DNA of 64,000 nt from Cetorhinus maximus (taxonomy: Eukaryota). The notes under the pieces were generated by a model that ran no database searches, was not told where the DNA came from, and saw only the letters and a list, made by a program, of their open reading frames with translations. The stretch lies in NCBI RefSeq assembly GCF_964194155.1, contig NC_135882.1, forward strand, positions 1,426,001 to 1,490,000, given 5' to 3'. This document shows, in pieces, positions 49,915 through 62,216 of this stretch; positions within the stretch are counted from its first letter, which is position 1; each line of letters opens with the position of its first letter. Made by a program: the position numbers and the translations under genes.

Positions 49915-52515
49915 CACCCCTCCCCTTTTCCCACCAACCAAACCTTCCCTTCTCCCGCCAACAAACCTCCCCTTTTCCCACCAACCAAACCTTCCCTCCT
50001 CCCACCAACCAAACCTTCCCCTTTCCCACCAACCAACCTTCCCTCCCCCCACCAACCAACCTTCCCTTTTCCCACCAACCAAACCTTCCCTCCTCCCACC
50101 AACCAAACCTTCCCCTTTCCCACCAACCAAACCTTCCCTCCTCCCACCAACCAACCTTCCCCTTTCCCACCAACCAACCTTCCCTCCCCCCACCAACCAA
50201 CCTTCCCTTTTCCCACCAACCAACCTTCCCGCCCCCCACCAACCAACCTTCCCTTTTTCCACCAACCAAACCTTCCCTCCTCCCACCAACCAAACCTTCC
50301 CTTTTCCCATCAACCAAACCTTCCCTCCTCCCACCAACCAAACCTTCCCTCCTCCCACCAACCAAACCTTCCCTCCCCCCACCAACCAAACATTCCCTCC
50401 TCCCACCAACCAAACTTTCCCTCCCCCCACCAACCAACCTTCCCTCCCCCCACCAACCAAACCTTCCCTCCTCCCACCAACCAAACCTTCCCTCCTCCCA
50501 CCAACCAAACCGTGCCTCCTCCCACCAACCAAACCGTCCCTTTTCCCACCAACCAAACCTTCCCCCCTCCCACCAACCAAACCTTCCCTTTTCCCACCAA
50601 CCAAACCTTTCCTCCTCCCACCAACCAACCTTCCCTTTTCTCACCAACCAAACCTTCCCTCCCCCCACCAACCAAACCTTCCCTTTTCCCACCAACCAAA
50701 CCTTCCCTCCTCCCACTAACCAACCTTCCCTTTTCCCACCAACCAAACCTTCCCTCCTCCCACCAACCAAACCTTCCCTCCTCCCACCAACCAAACCTTC
50801 CCTTTTCCCATCAACCAAACCTTCCCTCCTCCCACCAACCAAACCTTCCCTCCTCCCACCAACCAAACCTTCCCTTTTCCCATCAACCAAACCTTCCCTC
50901 CTCCCACCAACCAAACCTTCCCTCCTCCCACCAACCAAACCTTCCCTCCCCCCACCAACCAAACATTCCCTCCTCCCACCAACCAAACTTTCCCTCCCCC
51001 CACCAACCAACCTTCCCTCCCCCCACCAACCAAACCTTCCCTCCTCCCACCAACCAAACCGTCCCTTTTCCCACCAACCAAACCTTCCCCCCTCCCACCA
51101 ACCAAACCTTCCCCCCTCCCACCAACCAAACCTTCCCTTTTCCCACCAATCAAACCTTCCCTCCTCCCACCAACCAAACCTTCCCTCCTCCCACCAACCA
51201 ACCTTCCCTTTTCCCACCAACCAAACCTTCCCTCCCCCCACCAACCAAACCTTTACTCCCCCCACCAACCAAACCTTCCCTCCTCCCACCAAACAAACCT
51301 TCACTTTTCCCACCAACCAAACCTTCCCTCCTCCCACCAACCAAACCTTCCCTCCCCCCACCAACCAAACCTTCCCTCCTCCCACCAACCAACCTTCCCT
51401 CCCCCCACCAACCAACCTTCCCTCCCCCCACCAACCAAACCTTCCCTCCTCCCACCAAACAAACCTTCCCTCCTCCCACCAAACAAACCTTCCCTCCCCC
51501 CACCAAACAAACCTTCCCTCCCCCCACCAACCAAACCTTCCCTCCTCCCACCAACCAAACCTTCCCTCCTCCCACCAACCAAACCTTCCCTCCTCCCACC
51601 AACCAAACCTTCCCTCCTCCCACCAACCAAACCTTCCCTCCTCCCACCAACCAAACCTTCCCTCCTCCCACCAACCAAACCTTCCCTCCTCCCACCAACC
51701 AAACCTTCCCTCCTCCCACCAACCAAACCTTCCCTCCTCCCACCAACCAAACCTTCCCTTTTCCCACCAACCAAACCTTCCCTCCTCCCACCAACCAAAC
51801 CTTCCCTCCTCCCACTAACCAACCTTCCCTTTTCCCACCAACCAAACCTTTCCTCCCCCCACCAACCAAACCTTCCCTTTTCCCACCAACCAAACCTTCC
51901 CTCCTCCCACTAACCAACCTTCCCTTTTCCCACCAACCAAACCTTCCCTCCTCCCACTAACCAACCTTCCCTTTTCCCACCAACCAACCTTCCCTCCTCC
52001 CACCAACCAACCTCCCCTCCTCCCACCAACCAACCTCCCCTTTTCCCACCAACCAAACCTTCCCTTTTCCCACCAACCAAACCTTCCCTTTTCCCACCAA
52101 CCAAACCTTCCCTCCTCCCACCAACCAAACCTTCCCTTTTCCCACCAACCAAACCTTCCCTCCTCCCACCAACCAACCTTCCCTTTTCCCACCAACCAAA
52201 CCTTCTCTCCTCCCACCAACCAACCTTCCCTCCTCCCACCAACCAACCTTCCCTCCTCCCACCAACCAACCTTCCCTTTTCCCACCAACAAACCTTCCCT
52301 TTTCCCACCAACCAAACCTTCCCTCCTCCCACCAACCAAACCTTCCCTCTCCCCACCAACCAAACATTCCCTCCTCCCACCAACCAACCTTCCCTTTTCC
52401 CACCAACCAAACCTTCCCTCCTCCCACCAACCAAACCTTCCCTCCTCCCACCAACCAAATGTTCCCTCCTCCCACCAACCAAACCTTCCCTCCTACCACC
52501 AACCAAACCTTTCCA
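49915..52515. repeat. C-rich minisatellite, 23-24-bp unit (cccaccaacc(a)aaccttccctYYY), roughly 110 copies
   Basis: Directly visible; almost no G on the + strand. Copy number estimated as length divided by unit. Confidence 0.97.
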
Positions 52516-52519
52516 CCTC

Positions 52520-53040
52520 AGCCTGTCTCAGTTGTTTTACCACATGAATTACTCATCCTTGTCTTATATCACCTTGCAATTTTAATAGTCTGTTGACCTC
52601 CTGGCTAGCCTGTACTATCCTCTCCCTTCCACAAAACTCAGCTCAACTAAAACTCTGCTGTCAATATCCCATTTTACACCAAGTCCTGTTCACCCAATGA
52701 CTCTGTTTTCGCTGATCTACACTAGCTCCTTGCCATCACAACATGTCAGCACTTATCCTCTGATTTAAACTCCTTCATGATCTTATCCCTCCCTATCCCT
52801 GGAACCTTCTTCAGCTCTTTAACTAGGCCCCTTTGCCTACCTCTGAACTCTGGTCTTCTGTATCTCCTCCCCACCTTTTTCCTACTTTTTGTGGCCATGC
52901 CTTCTTCCAGCTGGGTCCCAAGTTCTGTATTTCCCTCCTTAAACCCCTCTCACCTTCTTAAAATCCACCTCCTTCTTTGCATCAGTGTCTATTTTTATTT
53001 GCTTACACCTCAGCTTTTCTATGTAAAAAGTGCTATATGA
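52520..53040 (+). mobile_element. Old L2-like 3' fragment
   Basis: LLASL..HKTQL.QNSA-like and VFADLH.L-like motifs; tail tctatgtaaaaagtgctatatgagtgc. Confidence 0.55.
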
Positions 53041-53355
53041 GTGCCAACTGGTGTATTTATCTTTGGGAAATATGTTGCTAAATTTCTTTATGCAATGACA
53101 TTAGCTAAAAGCTTCAAACTCTGTGGAAAATAAAAGCTCATGGTGTAGGGGGTAACATATGAGCATGGATAGAAGATTGTCTAGCTAACAGGAAACAGAG
53201 AGTATGCATAAACGAGTCTTTTTCTGATGGGCAGGATGTGACCAGTGGAGGCCCACAGGGATCTGTGCTGGGGCCTAAACTTTTACGATTTAGTTCACAA
53301 AGAGCTAACGGGCAGTCTTATATAAACAGTCTGGGACACTTCCAAAAGATATAAA

Positions 53356-53579
53356 AGCAAAAAACTGCGGATGCTGGAAATCCAAAACAAAAATAAAAAT
53401 AAAATTACCTGGAAAAACTCAGCAGGTCTGGCAGCATCTGCGGAGAGGAACACAGTTAACGTTTCAAGTCCGTATGTTCTGTTGAAGAGTCATACGGACT
53501 TGAAACGTTAACTGTGTTCCTCTCCGCAGATGCTGCCAGACCTGCTGAGTTTTTCCAGGTATTTTTATTTTTATTTTTG
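53356..53579. mobile_element. Penelope-like foldback mini insertion
   Basis: ~90-bp near-perfect inverted arms around gttctgttgaagagt; tail on the left only; TSD ttccaaaagatataaa / ttccaaaacatataaa. Confidence 0.9.
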
Positions 53580-55063
53580 TTCCAAAACATATAAACCTTG
53601 TGTGCAATTAAAATGTGTTGTCCTTAAAATATTTATTTGTTGCACACAATTCAAAATAAAGAAACATTAGTCTTGTTATAACATTCAAATATCTTTAAGA
53701 CTTCAGACATCCTTTTGGCAGGCTTAATGTATCTCTTTGGGTACAGACAAGTACTCTTAATAATAATGAAACAGAAAGGGTGTAACATTGTCCCACTGGT
53801 GTGTCTGTCATTTAACAGTTTGATAATGTTATTCTGATGGACAAACAACTTCACAGGTTCTTGCGAGAACAGGCCCAATGCCAGAGACTTGAGAAGGAAT
53901 AGTCTTCTCTGTTCATGTTCTTAATGTAGACTTTCAGGAGTCGTATTCAGCTTAGAACCACAAACAAAACAAGTGTGTGTTTGTATTATTGTTAAAATTC
54001 TGTGCATCGGTAAAACAAAAGGGCTCCAGAACAATGGAGCTTTCTTTGACTGTGTAAGCCATTCTTTGACTATGTAAGCCATTAAACCATTTGTCTTCAT
54101 TTATGATTTTTTTGATCCCTTTTTGAAATGACAAGATGCTGTAATCCCCAGTATAGTTTGTTCCCTTACTTGGCAGAGTGTTTATTTGCTTTTCTAGTTG
54201 GATTAGTTTCTCTCTAACAGTGGATTCCCTCCTGAAAGCCCACTGGCATTTTCTTTCCTGATTACAAATAGAAATATAAGTGACCAGTATTAATTAATGT
54301 TTGTCTCAATGTAGAAGCTGTCAGTATTTGTGATATAGATGATGTGATTTATTCACAATCATTATTGAAGGCTGTGGACAATTGTAGACTGTTTAGGCAT
54401 TTATACCTTCTTAATACTACGTAATCTGGAATTTCACTACAAGAAGGAGACTGTTCTTGATGTTATACTGAAAACTAATTAAATGTTTACAGCACTTTTT
54501 AAATATGCTTTATAATGTTTAGCATTAAAGATGTACAGAATATGATTTTGCAAATGTTATGTGAAATAAAAGTACCTATTATGAAGGTTAAGAATGTCTA
54601 TATTCAGAGTGTTAAAATGCTGATCAAATAAGCATATGCTATTCCCTTTTCTAATTACTTGCATACCATTATGGAAATAACTGCTAGGTATTGCATAACC
54701 TCAGTTGTTTCTTATTTTATGTTTTAAAGTTTGATGTAATGTACCTGTTTAAGATGTACTTCATTCACAGTTTTGACATAGTATTGACTGTAGGTATGGA
54801 GGCAGGGAGTGTGGGGACTGATGCACAAACCTGATGGAACTAATGTGGAAGAAAATTATTCAAACTTCAGTACAGGTTTATACTGGTGAAATGAGGAACT
54901 CATATCAGAACATCCAAGTGCCTGATTTGACATAATGTCGGCGTTATCAAGCCAGCTCCTTATGGGTGAGCTTGGAACAGACCGTGCATTTCAGAACATC
55001 ACTGAATTCAGCAATAACCACTGTCATGGTGCACCCTATTTGACAATTCAAAAATGTTTACCA

Positions 55064-55140
55064 AAAAGTAAAATACTGTGGATGCTGGAAATCTGAAACA
55101 CAAACATAAAATGCAGGAAAAACTAAGGTTAATGTTTCAG
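55064..55140 (-). mobile_element. Old Penelope-like tail fragment
   Basis: aaaagtaaaatactgtggatgctggaaatctgaaacacaaac. Confidence 0.55.
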
Positions 55141-55554
55141 GTGAGGATAGTTCTTCTCTGTAGATGGCTGTGGTACTTGTACTCAATATGTGGCAGACAG
55201 CAGGAATCTGCATTGATGTCGACCCCTCACTTCTGAAGAATCTCTATCCCAAGCAGAGAGCTCTGAGGATTTGCAAAACACTGCATGAAGCACTTCTCAC
55301 CATTAATAAGTTCCTGTTTCTCTGCAGCTGCTATAAAGTTCAAACCCTTGAGCTTAGTGTCAGGCTCCAGCCACCCCCAGCTTGTTCTTTCCCTTTTTAC
55401 TGCCCCCTCCACTTAGCCCTCCTGAGTACTCCTGGGTGCTTCAGCAGGTGCTCTCCACTGACACCCTGATCCTGTGAGGTAGATCATTTTGTGTTTGATG
55501 GCCGTTTGTATGATGGGCCATCAGTAACATCATCTTGGGAAACACCTATAATGA

Positions 55555-55856
55555 AGAAAAAAATTGCATTTTTATGGGTCCCTTCACAACCTCAGGACAC
55601 ACTTTAGCAATAAAGTAATTCTGAAGTGTAATCACTGTTGTAATGTAGGAAATAAGGCAACCAAATTACATACAGCAAGAGCCCCCACAAACACCAACAA
55701 GATAAATGACCTGATCATCTGTATTAGTGATGTTGGTTGAGGAATAAATATTCGCCAGGACACTGGGAGAACTCCCGTGCTTTCCTTTGAAATAGTGCCA
55801 TGAGATATTGTGTTTCCATCTGAGACAGTGGATGAGGCCTCGTTTTAACATCTCAC
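55555..55856 (-). mobile_element. Deu-domain SINE fragment
   Basis: gccaggacactgggagaactccc..aaatagtgccatgagat..gcctcgttttaacatctca. Confidence 0.7.
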
Positions 55857-56144
55857 TCAAAACACCTGAGAGAGAGGGAAGATGTCAGCATGAAGAATGC
55901 TCCGAATGGCTGTGCGCACAGTAGCAGGACCTATACAATGCCACACTTTGTTAATGAGCGAATTGAAGGACAACCATGAAAGTGAACATGCTAGAATCAT
56001 GCAGACTCCACACTCTCCCTCGCCAACACAATCTATGCCAGTGGATAAGGCAGCACAGAAAGGCAGGGCCTCCACCAGAACAGATTTCCTCTATTTGTGG
56101 GAGGCCTGCTTTCAGGAGTTTTATGTTATATTTTAATTAATGAT

Positions 56145-56555
56145 TGATGAGAGGCTGAGTAAATTGGCTCTATGCTCTCTGGAGTTTAGAAGAATGAGAG
56201 GTGACCTCAAGGTCAACACTGAGAGATTGTTTCCCCTGGCTGGGGACTGTAGAATATGGGCATAGTCTTAGGATAAGGGGACAATCATTTAGGATTCAGA
56301 TGAGGAGAAATTTCTTCACTCCGAGTTGTGGATCTTTGGAATACTCTTCCACAGTCAGCTGTGCATGATCCATCATTGAATAGATTTAAGGTTGGGGTAG
56401 ACAGATTATTGGCCTTTCAGCCAATCAAGGGATATGGGGAGCAGACGGAAAAATTGGAGTTAAGGCCGATGATCAGCTATGATCATATTGTATAGCGGAG
56501 CAGGCCTGAGGGGCCGTTTGGTTTACTCCGGCTCCTATTTCTTACGTTCTTAACC
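56145..56555 (+). mobile_element. CR1 3' fragment
   Basis: ctctggagtttagaagaatgagaggtga..gatgaggagaaatttcttcac..ctcctatttcttacgttct. Confidence 0.82.
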
Positions 56556-59230
56556 TCATGAGGTGCAGTCCAGTACCCAGCCCACATTCCAGCTTATGTG
56601 AAGGAATGACTACGCAGCATGCAAATGTTTTCTTTCTCATCCTAGTACAATTCTTTCTCACATGTATCTATGATCAATGGACATGGGAGACAGCATTGAC
56701 TCTTGGGGTAAGAGCCTGCTTAGTATGCTGTACATTTACTCTAAAAGGAGTGCTCTGTCCTTCCTCTCCCTCAATTCTTCCAACAAAACACTAGGTTCAG
56801 TATTCAAAGCAGGCAGTTCTCACACTTGCTCTTCAGTGAGATATCAGTTTTCTATGCAGCAGTGCAGCAGAGCAGTCAACAAAGGTTTCGAACAGCCGCA
56901 GCCTTCCAAGAGCAGCAGCAATCCTTATTCTCCAGCCACCTGCAGCCATAGATTTCCCCATGCACACGGAAATACACAGGGAACTTACTAAAATTGGATG
57001 AACTGACCACGCTAAATCCAATGAGACCAGCTTCCCATTCTACAAGCATAGCTGCAGTGGCAGTAGCCCATTGTGTCAGCTCCACTGGCCAGCTTACATA
57101 GCAACCCGTGACCCAACACCAGCATCCCACTGACGCAGCAGCTCATTGATCTAGCACCAGCAGCCCATTAGCCCAGCGGCCTACTGACAAAACGGCCCTT
57201 TGACCCGAGGCCCACTCACACTGTGGCCCATTGACCCAGAGCCAGTTCCTGTGGTCATTCAATGACCTCATGTATCTCAATCAGTTCAGTAATCTTATCT
57301 TCCTGTTACTTTGAATGTAACGTCAATTCATTAGACAGTAATGCAGCAATATTTAAACAATGGACCGAAAAATTATGGGAAGATTTCCAGTGTTTATCAA
57401 TGTGGAACCAATACTGGAATTTGAAGCCATCTGGAGCTGTCATGCTATCACAGCTTTTTGCTGCACAATCTTCCGTTTCATTTTTTAAGTTAAAATCTGT
57501 TTGGTTATCTGAAACAGCATCTAGATATTCTTCATATAAATTATCTAATAATTGTAACTGTTTAGCATATTTAACTCCACTCATCTCTAGGATCATCTTG
57601 GCAGTGTTAACATTTTAACTTTATAAAATTCCGACATCCCTCCCGAGAGTTCTGTCTCTTACTTTTCTCCGTAAATTTTGCATAGTTTTTTTTTATTGCC
57701 ATTTTAATTGACATATTCATCCATTCCAGCTCAGGTTTATTTTTCTTAGGCCGCCAACTATTGTTTTAAAACTGTTCCATTTAGAAAGCAAAAAGGCCTA
57801 TTAAATGCTGTTAATGCAACTGAATTGAATTAAACAGACTATTCAGTCCTGAAAGCTGATGCTCATTGTAGTGATACATCTCTTTTTAAAACAGCAGCAA
57901 ATATTCTGCTCTTTGTAAAATAATTCATTTGATTCCTTACTATCAAATAAATAATTCTCATTTAATTAATTTCACTATTATAATTGGTGTTACAACATCA
58001 AAAGAGAACTAAAATATACTTAAGTTACAGTCAGGTAGTACATTTAAACATTTAAATGGCAATAAATAAATGTTTAGCTAAAGAGGCCATTATTAGTATT
58101 GCACCTTGGCAGATACTTTAGCAAATAGAGTTAACTTAAATGGCTTAAAAGAACCCTGATAGCATTCTTCTTCAAATAGTTGTAGATTATACCCTGACTC
58201 AAGTTTCTGTTGCTATCAATTTGAGAAGCATGAATAAGGCAGGAATTTAATGTGCTTCATGAAACATTTAACCAAAATCTAGGTATCTTCTCCTTCTGCT
58301 ATTTAGTTATTAAAAAACAGAAGTATTCAAAATTAACACTTAAAGGGCAGAATCATTCACTTTAACAGCAAGTAAACAATTATACAAAGCAGCACACCTG
58401 TCCAATATTCAAACATGTCCCTGTTAAATTAAGTAAAGGAGGTATTGTAATTCTAGGGTTTATAGTCCTTCTCGATTATCGTCATTACCAGCTTGATTAC
58501 CCTTTATGAGTGTTCCCTTTGGGGTTTCTCAATGTGGTACGGCTATGGAAAAGCCCGCGGCCAAAGCACCTGCAGGCCTTTTCATATCTCTCTGAGTAGA
58601 CCTCAGGAAGAGACCATTATTATAGGAGCTCAACTCTGTTGTGGGCCTCTATTCACTGCCTGTTATGGTCTAGAGCCAGGGTTTAATTGGAGGTTAAACA
58701 TGATTCATTCACATTTCTGTCTTTACTATTTGCTATGGGTAAATAAAGAAAATCACAAGGCACTTTTTGTTGATTATTGCTGTGTAACAAAAGCTACAAT
58801 TTAAAGAGTGGCAAATAGTTCGCTTAGCTATCATTAAATGGATGAAGTCAGATAAAAAATTGGGATTACAGATTTAGTCGTGTGAAATTGAAGTTTTACT
58901 TTCCGATCTAGCATTGAAAATGCATACAGGAAGTGAAGACAAATTATTCTGACCAGATTATTTAGGATTACATACAACACAGAAACAGTCCTAAACCTAA
59001 ACAGTCTGTGCCGGTGTTTATGCACAACTCGAGCAATTTTTCTCATCTAAATCTTTCATTATAACCCTCTATTACCTTCTGCACCATATGCTTATCCAGC
59101 TTCCCCTTGAATATATCTATACTATTCAAGGATACTCTGGGTATATCTGATTATCATGAATATTGAGACTCAGATAACTTCTTCAGAGTGGTCTTCCCAG
59201 AATCTGTGAAACTCAAACGACTGGGACGTA

Positions 59231-59810
59231 CACTGGAATTTTATGTGGAGGCAGTGGCCTCACTCCGCCACTGGCTGAAATGTCAGGGGTGAGCCCACAT
59301 CCACTTGACCAGGTTGCCCTGCGACCATTTTCTTTCTGTTGGGCCGTTAATTGGCTCAGGACGAGACTTCTGCTTCCATCTGGGGGCAAGTCCCACGTTG
59401 GAGAGCTGGGGTTACTGCTGGGTTTGCAGGCTGTCCCCAACGTCAAGGTGGAGCAGGATACCAAAGTAAAAGAGGGCAGGGATTGCGCTGGGGCCAGTCA
59501 GGCAAGCCCCGCTGAGGGGGGTTTGGGGTGGAATACACAGAGTAGGGTGTACTGTTGTGGGGGTGTTGGCCTCCATTGGGCACAGGACATCCTGAACTGG
59601 GAGGGATCCTTGCAAAGGGCGTCAACATCTACCGCCACTGGTAAAATACAAGCAGTGGCAGGAGTCCCGTAATGGCCACTTAAGGATCTCAATCAATCCA
59701 AGGGCGGGTGGGCCGTCTGACTCCCCCCTGCCACAGGTAAAATACTGTGGAAGCTGTTAGGGGGTGGGCACTGTGCCACTGCCATGGCGGGTGGTCATAA
59801 AATTCTACCC
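59231..59810. mobile_element. GC-rich Harbinger-like MITE (second family)
   Basis: Ends ctggaattttatg / cataaaattctaccc share the gaatttt TIR core of M1. TSD not clear. Confidence 0.55.
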
Positions 59811-60423
59811 ATGGACATTTGCCAGGAACGACACGGTACATCAGGCAATCCAGTTAGTGAAGTCTCAGTTTGGATTTTGTTGTATTTGTGGCATTTGTTT
59901 TTATTGAACAATAAATGTGAAGAACACAGAACACATTATCAGCAATGTGGACTGGATAGAACAGAAGGAAAAGCATATGGACAAGTAGTAATTAGGTGAT
60001 GCTACGTTGTAAAACATTGTGACACAAAGCAGTGCAGAATTCCATAGGTTGTGAAATGGATAGTTGACAATTACTGTTGAGTTACAGAGCTTGGAAATAA
60101 ATTGCTTTCAAAAAATGCACAGCTAGTATTCTAAGGCAAGGGTGGTTTGTTTTGAATTGTCATCAACTAAAATTGAGGCCAGGTTCTATTCAGATCAATG
60201 CTAAATTAAAACTCAGCTTAAACTGAAGATGCTTGTGCACATGGAGCCGTGATGCAGTGAGCATTCCCTCCCTTGATTTTTGTGCTCAAGCCCTGGAGTG
60301 GCCCCACTCCCAGATCCCAGAACCTTCTGACTCAGAAGTGAGTGTGCTACCAACCAATGCATGGTTGGCACATATAAGTAAGTGGAATACACAATGGCAG
60401 ACCAGTTAGCTATGCTCTTAGAT

Positions 60424-60631
60424 AAAAGCAAAAAAACTGCAGATGCTGGAAATCCAAAACAAAAATAAAAATACCTGGATAAACTCAGCAGGTCTGGCAG
60501 CATCTGCGGAGAGGAACACAGTTAACATTTCTAGTCCGTATGACTCTTCAACAGAGCTAAGGAAAAATAGAAGGGAGGTGAAATATAAGCTGGTTCAAGG
60601 GAGGTGGGTGGGTGGCTCTACCTGTCCCCCC

Positions 60632-60665
<34 letters not shown>

Positions 60666-60808
60666 CCTTGAACCAGCTTATATTTCACCTCCCTTCTATT
60701 TTTCCTTAGCTCTGATGAAGAGTCAATAGGACTCGAAACGTTAACTGTGCTCCTCTCCGCAGATGCTGCCAGACCTGCTGAGTTTTTCCAGGTATTTTTA
60801 TTTTTGTT
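60424..60808. mobile_element. Penelope-like foldback insertion with a poly-C centre
   Basis: ~140-bp inverted arms; tail on the left; 18-bp TSD ttagctatgctcttagat / ttagctatactcttagat. Confidence 0.9.
60707..60747 (+). ncRNA. Minimal hammerhead ribozyme motif with canonical CUGAUGA core
   Basis: tagct-CTGATGA-a-gagtc-aatag-gactc-GAAAC-GTT-aactg. Penelope pLTRs are known to carry such motifs. Confidence 0.62.
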
Positions 60809-61840
60809 TTAGCTATACTCTTAGATGGGTTCAAATGTGAAGTTCTGCTTCATTTGCAACTATTTCCATGCTTTCATTCACTATTACTGCATATTCCCCA
60901 CATGCACTATTCCTAAATGGTGCCAATACCAAGAAAACATTAACTTTCATTGATGTAGCGCCATGTGGCTTCAATGTACTTTACAGTCAATGGATTACTT
61001 TGTTTCTTGAAGTGTAGTCACCATCATCAATATGTGGGTAAATGGATTTGGAAGCTTGATATGATTCCATGGTTACCATATTTGGACGAGTTCATGTGAA
61101 ATTCCTCTTTCTGCAATTCCAGTAGAGGTACTAATTATTTAATTTAACAGTTTAACATCTTTGCTAAGTTATTGGAGAGGAATTTCATACAACTTGTTGT
61201 ATGCTGTCGCTTCATAGACAAGTTTCAAGCTAAAGTTCTTGGTATATACCAGATGTTAAAGGCTAGAAAATGTTCAGCTAGCAAGTATTGAAGTGAAAGC
61301 ACCTGGGGTTTGTATATAATAATCATTGTTTTCACAAAATTATGATAAACGCAATTTCTTGCAATCTTTTGAAGATCTGGACAAATTAACAACTAAGTTT
61401 GGATTCCTAAAAGAATTGATATTCAGACCTGGCATCTCTTATTTGGTGTCAATCGATAAATTTTTGTGCTGTACAATATTAAATTTAGCTTTAAATAGGC
61501 TAACAAAGGGAAAAGCCTGACCATGCTTTTAATACAAAAAGACAAATTGCAAAGGTTTACTACATTCCTGTTTTTAGTCTCGTTCAATTTTTTGTCAAGG
61601 GGAGATAGCCGCTCATGCTGGTGATAACAATCAAGAACAGTGAGGGGATATTGAACTTGACTGCATGAAGGTGAACTGACATACACTAATAGATACTCAA
61701 GGACATTGAGCTGCATCTCGGCTGTCAATTCATCCACCTCGCACTGTCCAGCGCAGCTCTTAGTGCTGCAATAACACTCTCTGTTCCTGGGTTCTGGTTG
61801 AACTGCCAGTCACTCTGTTGGCAGTTCTCTAGCCTCAGGC

Positions 61841-62216
61841 TTTTTTTTTATTCATTCATGGGATGTGGGCATCACTGGCATTTGTTGTCCATCCCTAACT
61901 ATGTCATTTCAGAGGGCAGTTGAGAGTCGACCATATTGCTGTGGGTGGGCCTAGAGTCACATGTTGGCCAGACCAGGTAAGGATGGCAGATTTCCTTCCC
62001 TAAAGGGAGAACCAGATGGGTTTTTGAGACAATCAGTGATGGTTTCATGGTCACCATTACTGAGACTAGCTTTATATTGTTAAACTCAAGATATTATTAA
62101 CTGAATTCAAATTCTACCAGCTGCCATGTCGGGATTCAAACTCATGTCCCTAGATCATTAGCCTGGGTCTCTGGATTACTAGTCCGGTGACATAACCACT
62201 ACACCACCATCTCCCC
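61841..62216 (-). mobile_element. tRNA-headed SINE family B, full length
   Basis: Reverse strand: A-box-like tggtgtagtgg, B-box-like gagtttgaatccc, body gggaaggaaatctgccatccttacctggtctggcc, tail cccatgaatgaataaaaaa. Confidence 0.82.

Larger units (their letters stand above)
60258..61043 (-). repeat. Inverted duplicate of 62601-62976, carrying a later Penelope insertion
   Basis: Colinear reverse-complement match, e.g. cacatgcactattcctaaatggtgccaataccaag vs cttggtattggcaccatttaggaatagtgcatgtg. Confidence 0.9.

Noticed and set aside
49847-52506. Long Pro-rich and Gly/Trp-rich ORFs (up to 700 aa)
   Set aside because: Open in many frames on both strands because the minisatellite unit lacks stop codons.
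60625-60665. Poly-C tract as a separate element
   Set aside because: Expansion of the C-run in the Penelope pLTR (compare 43720-43735); its length may be a sequencing artefact.
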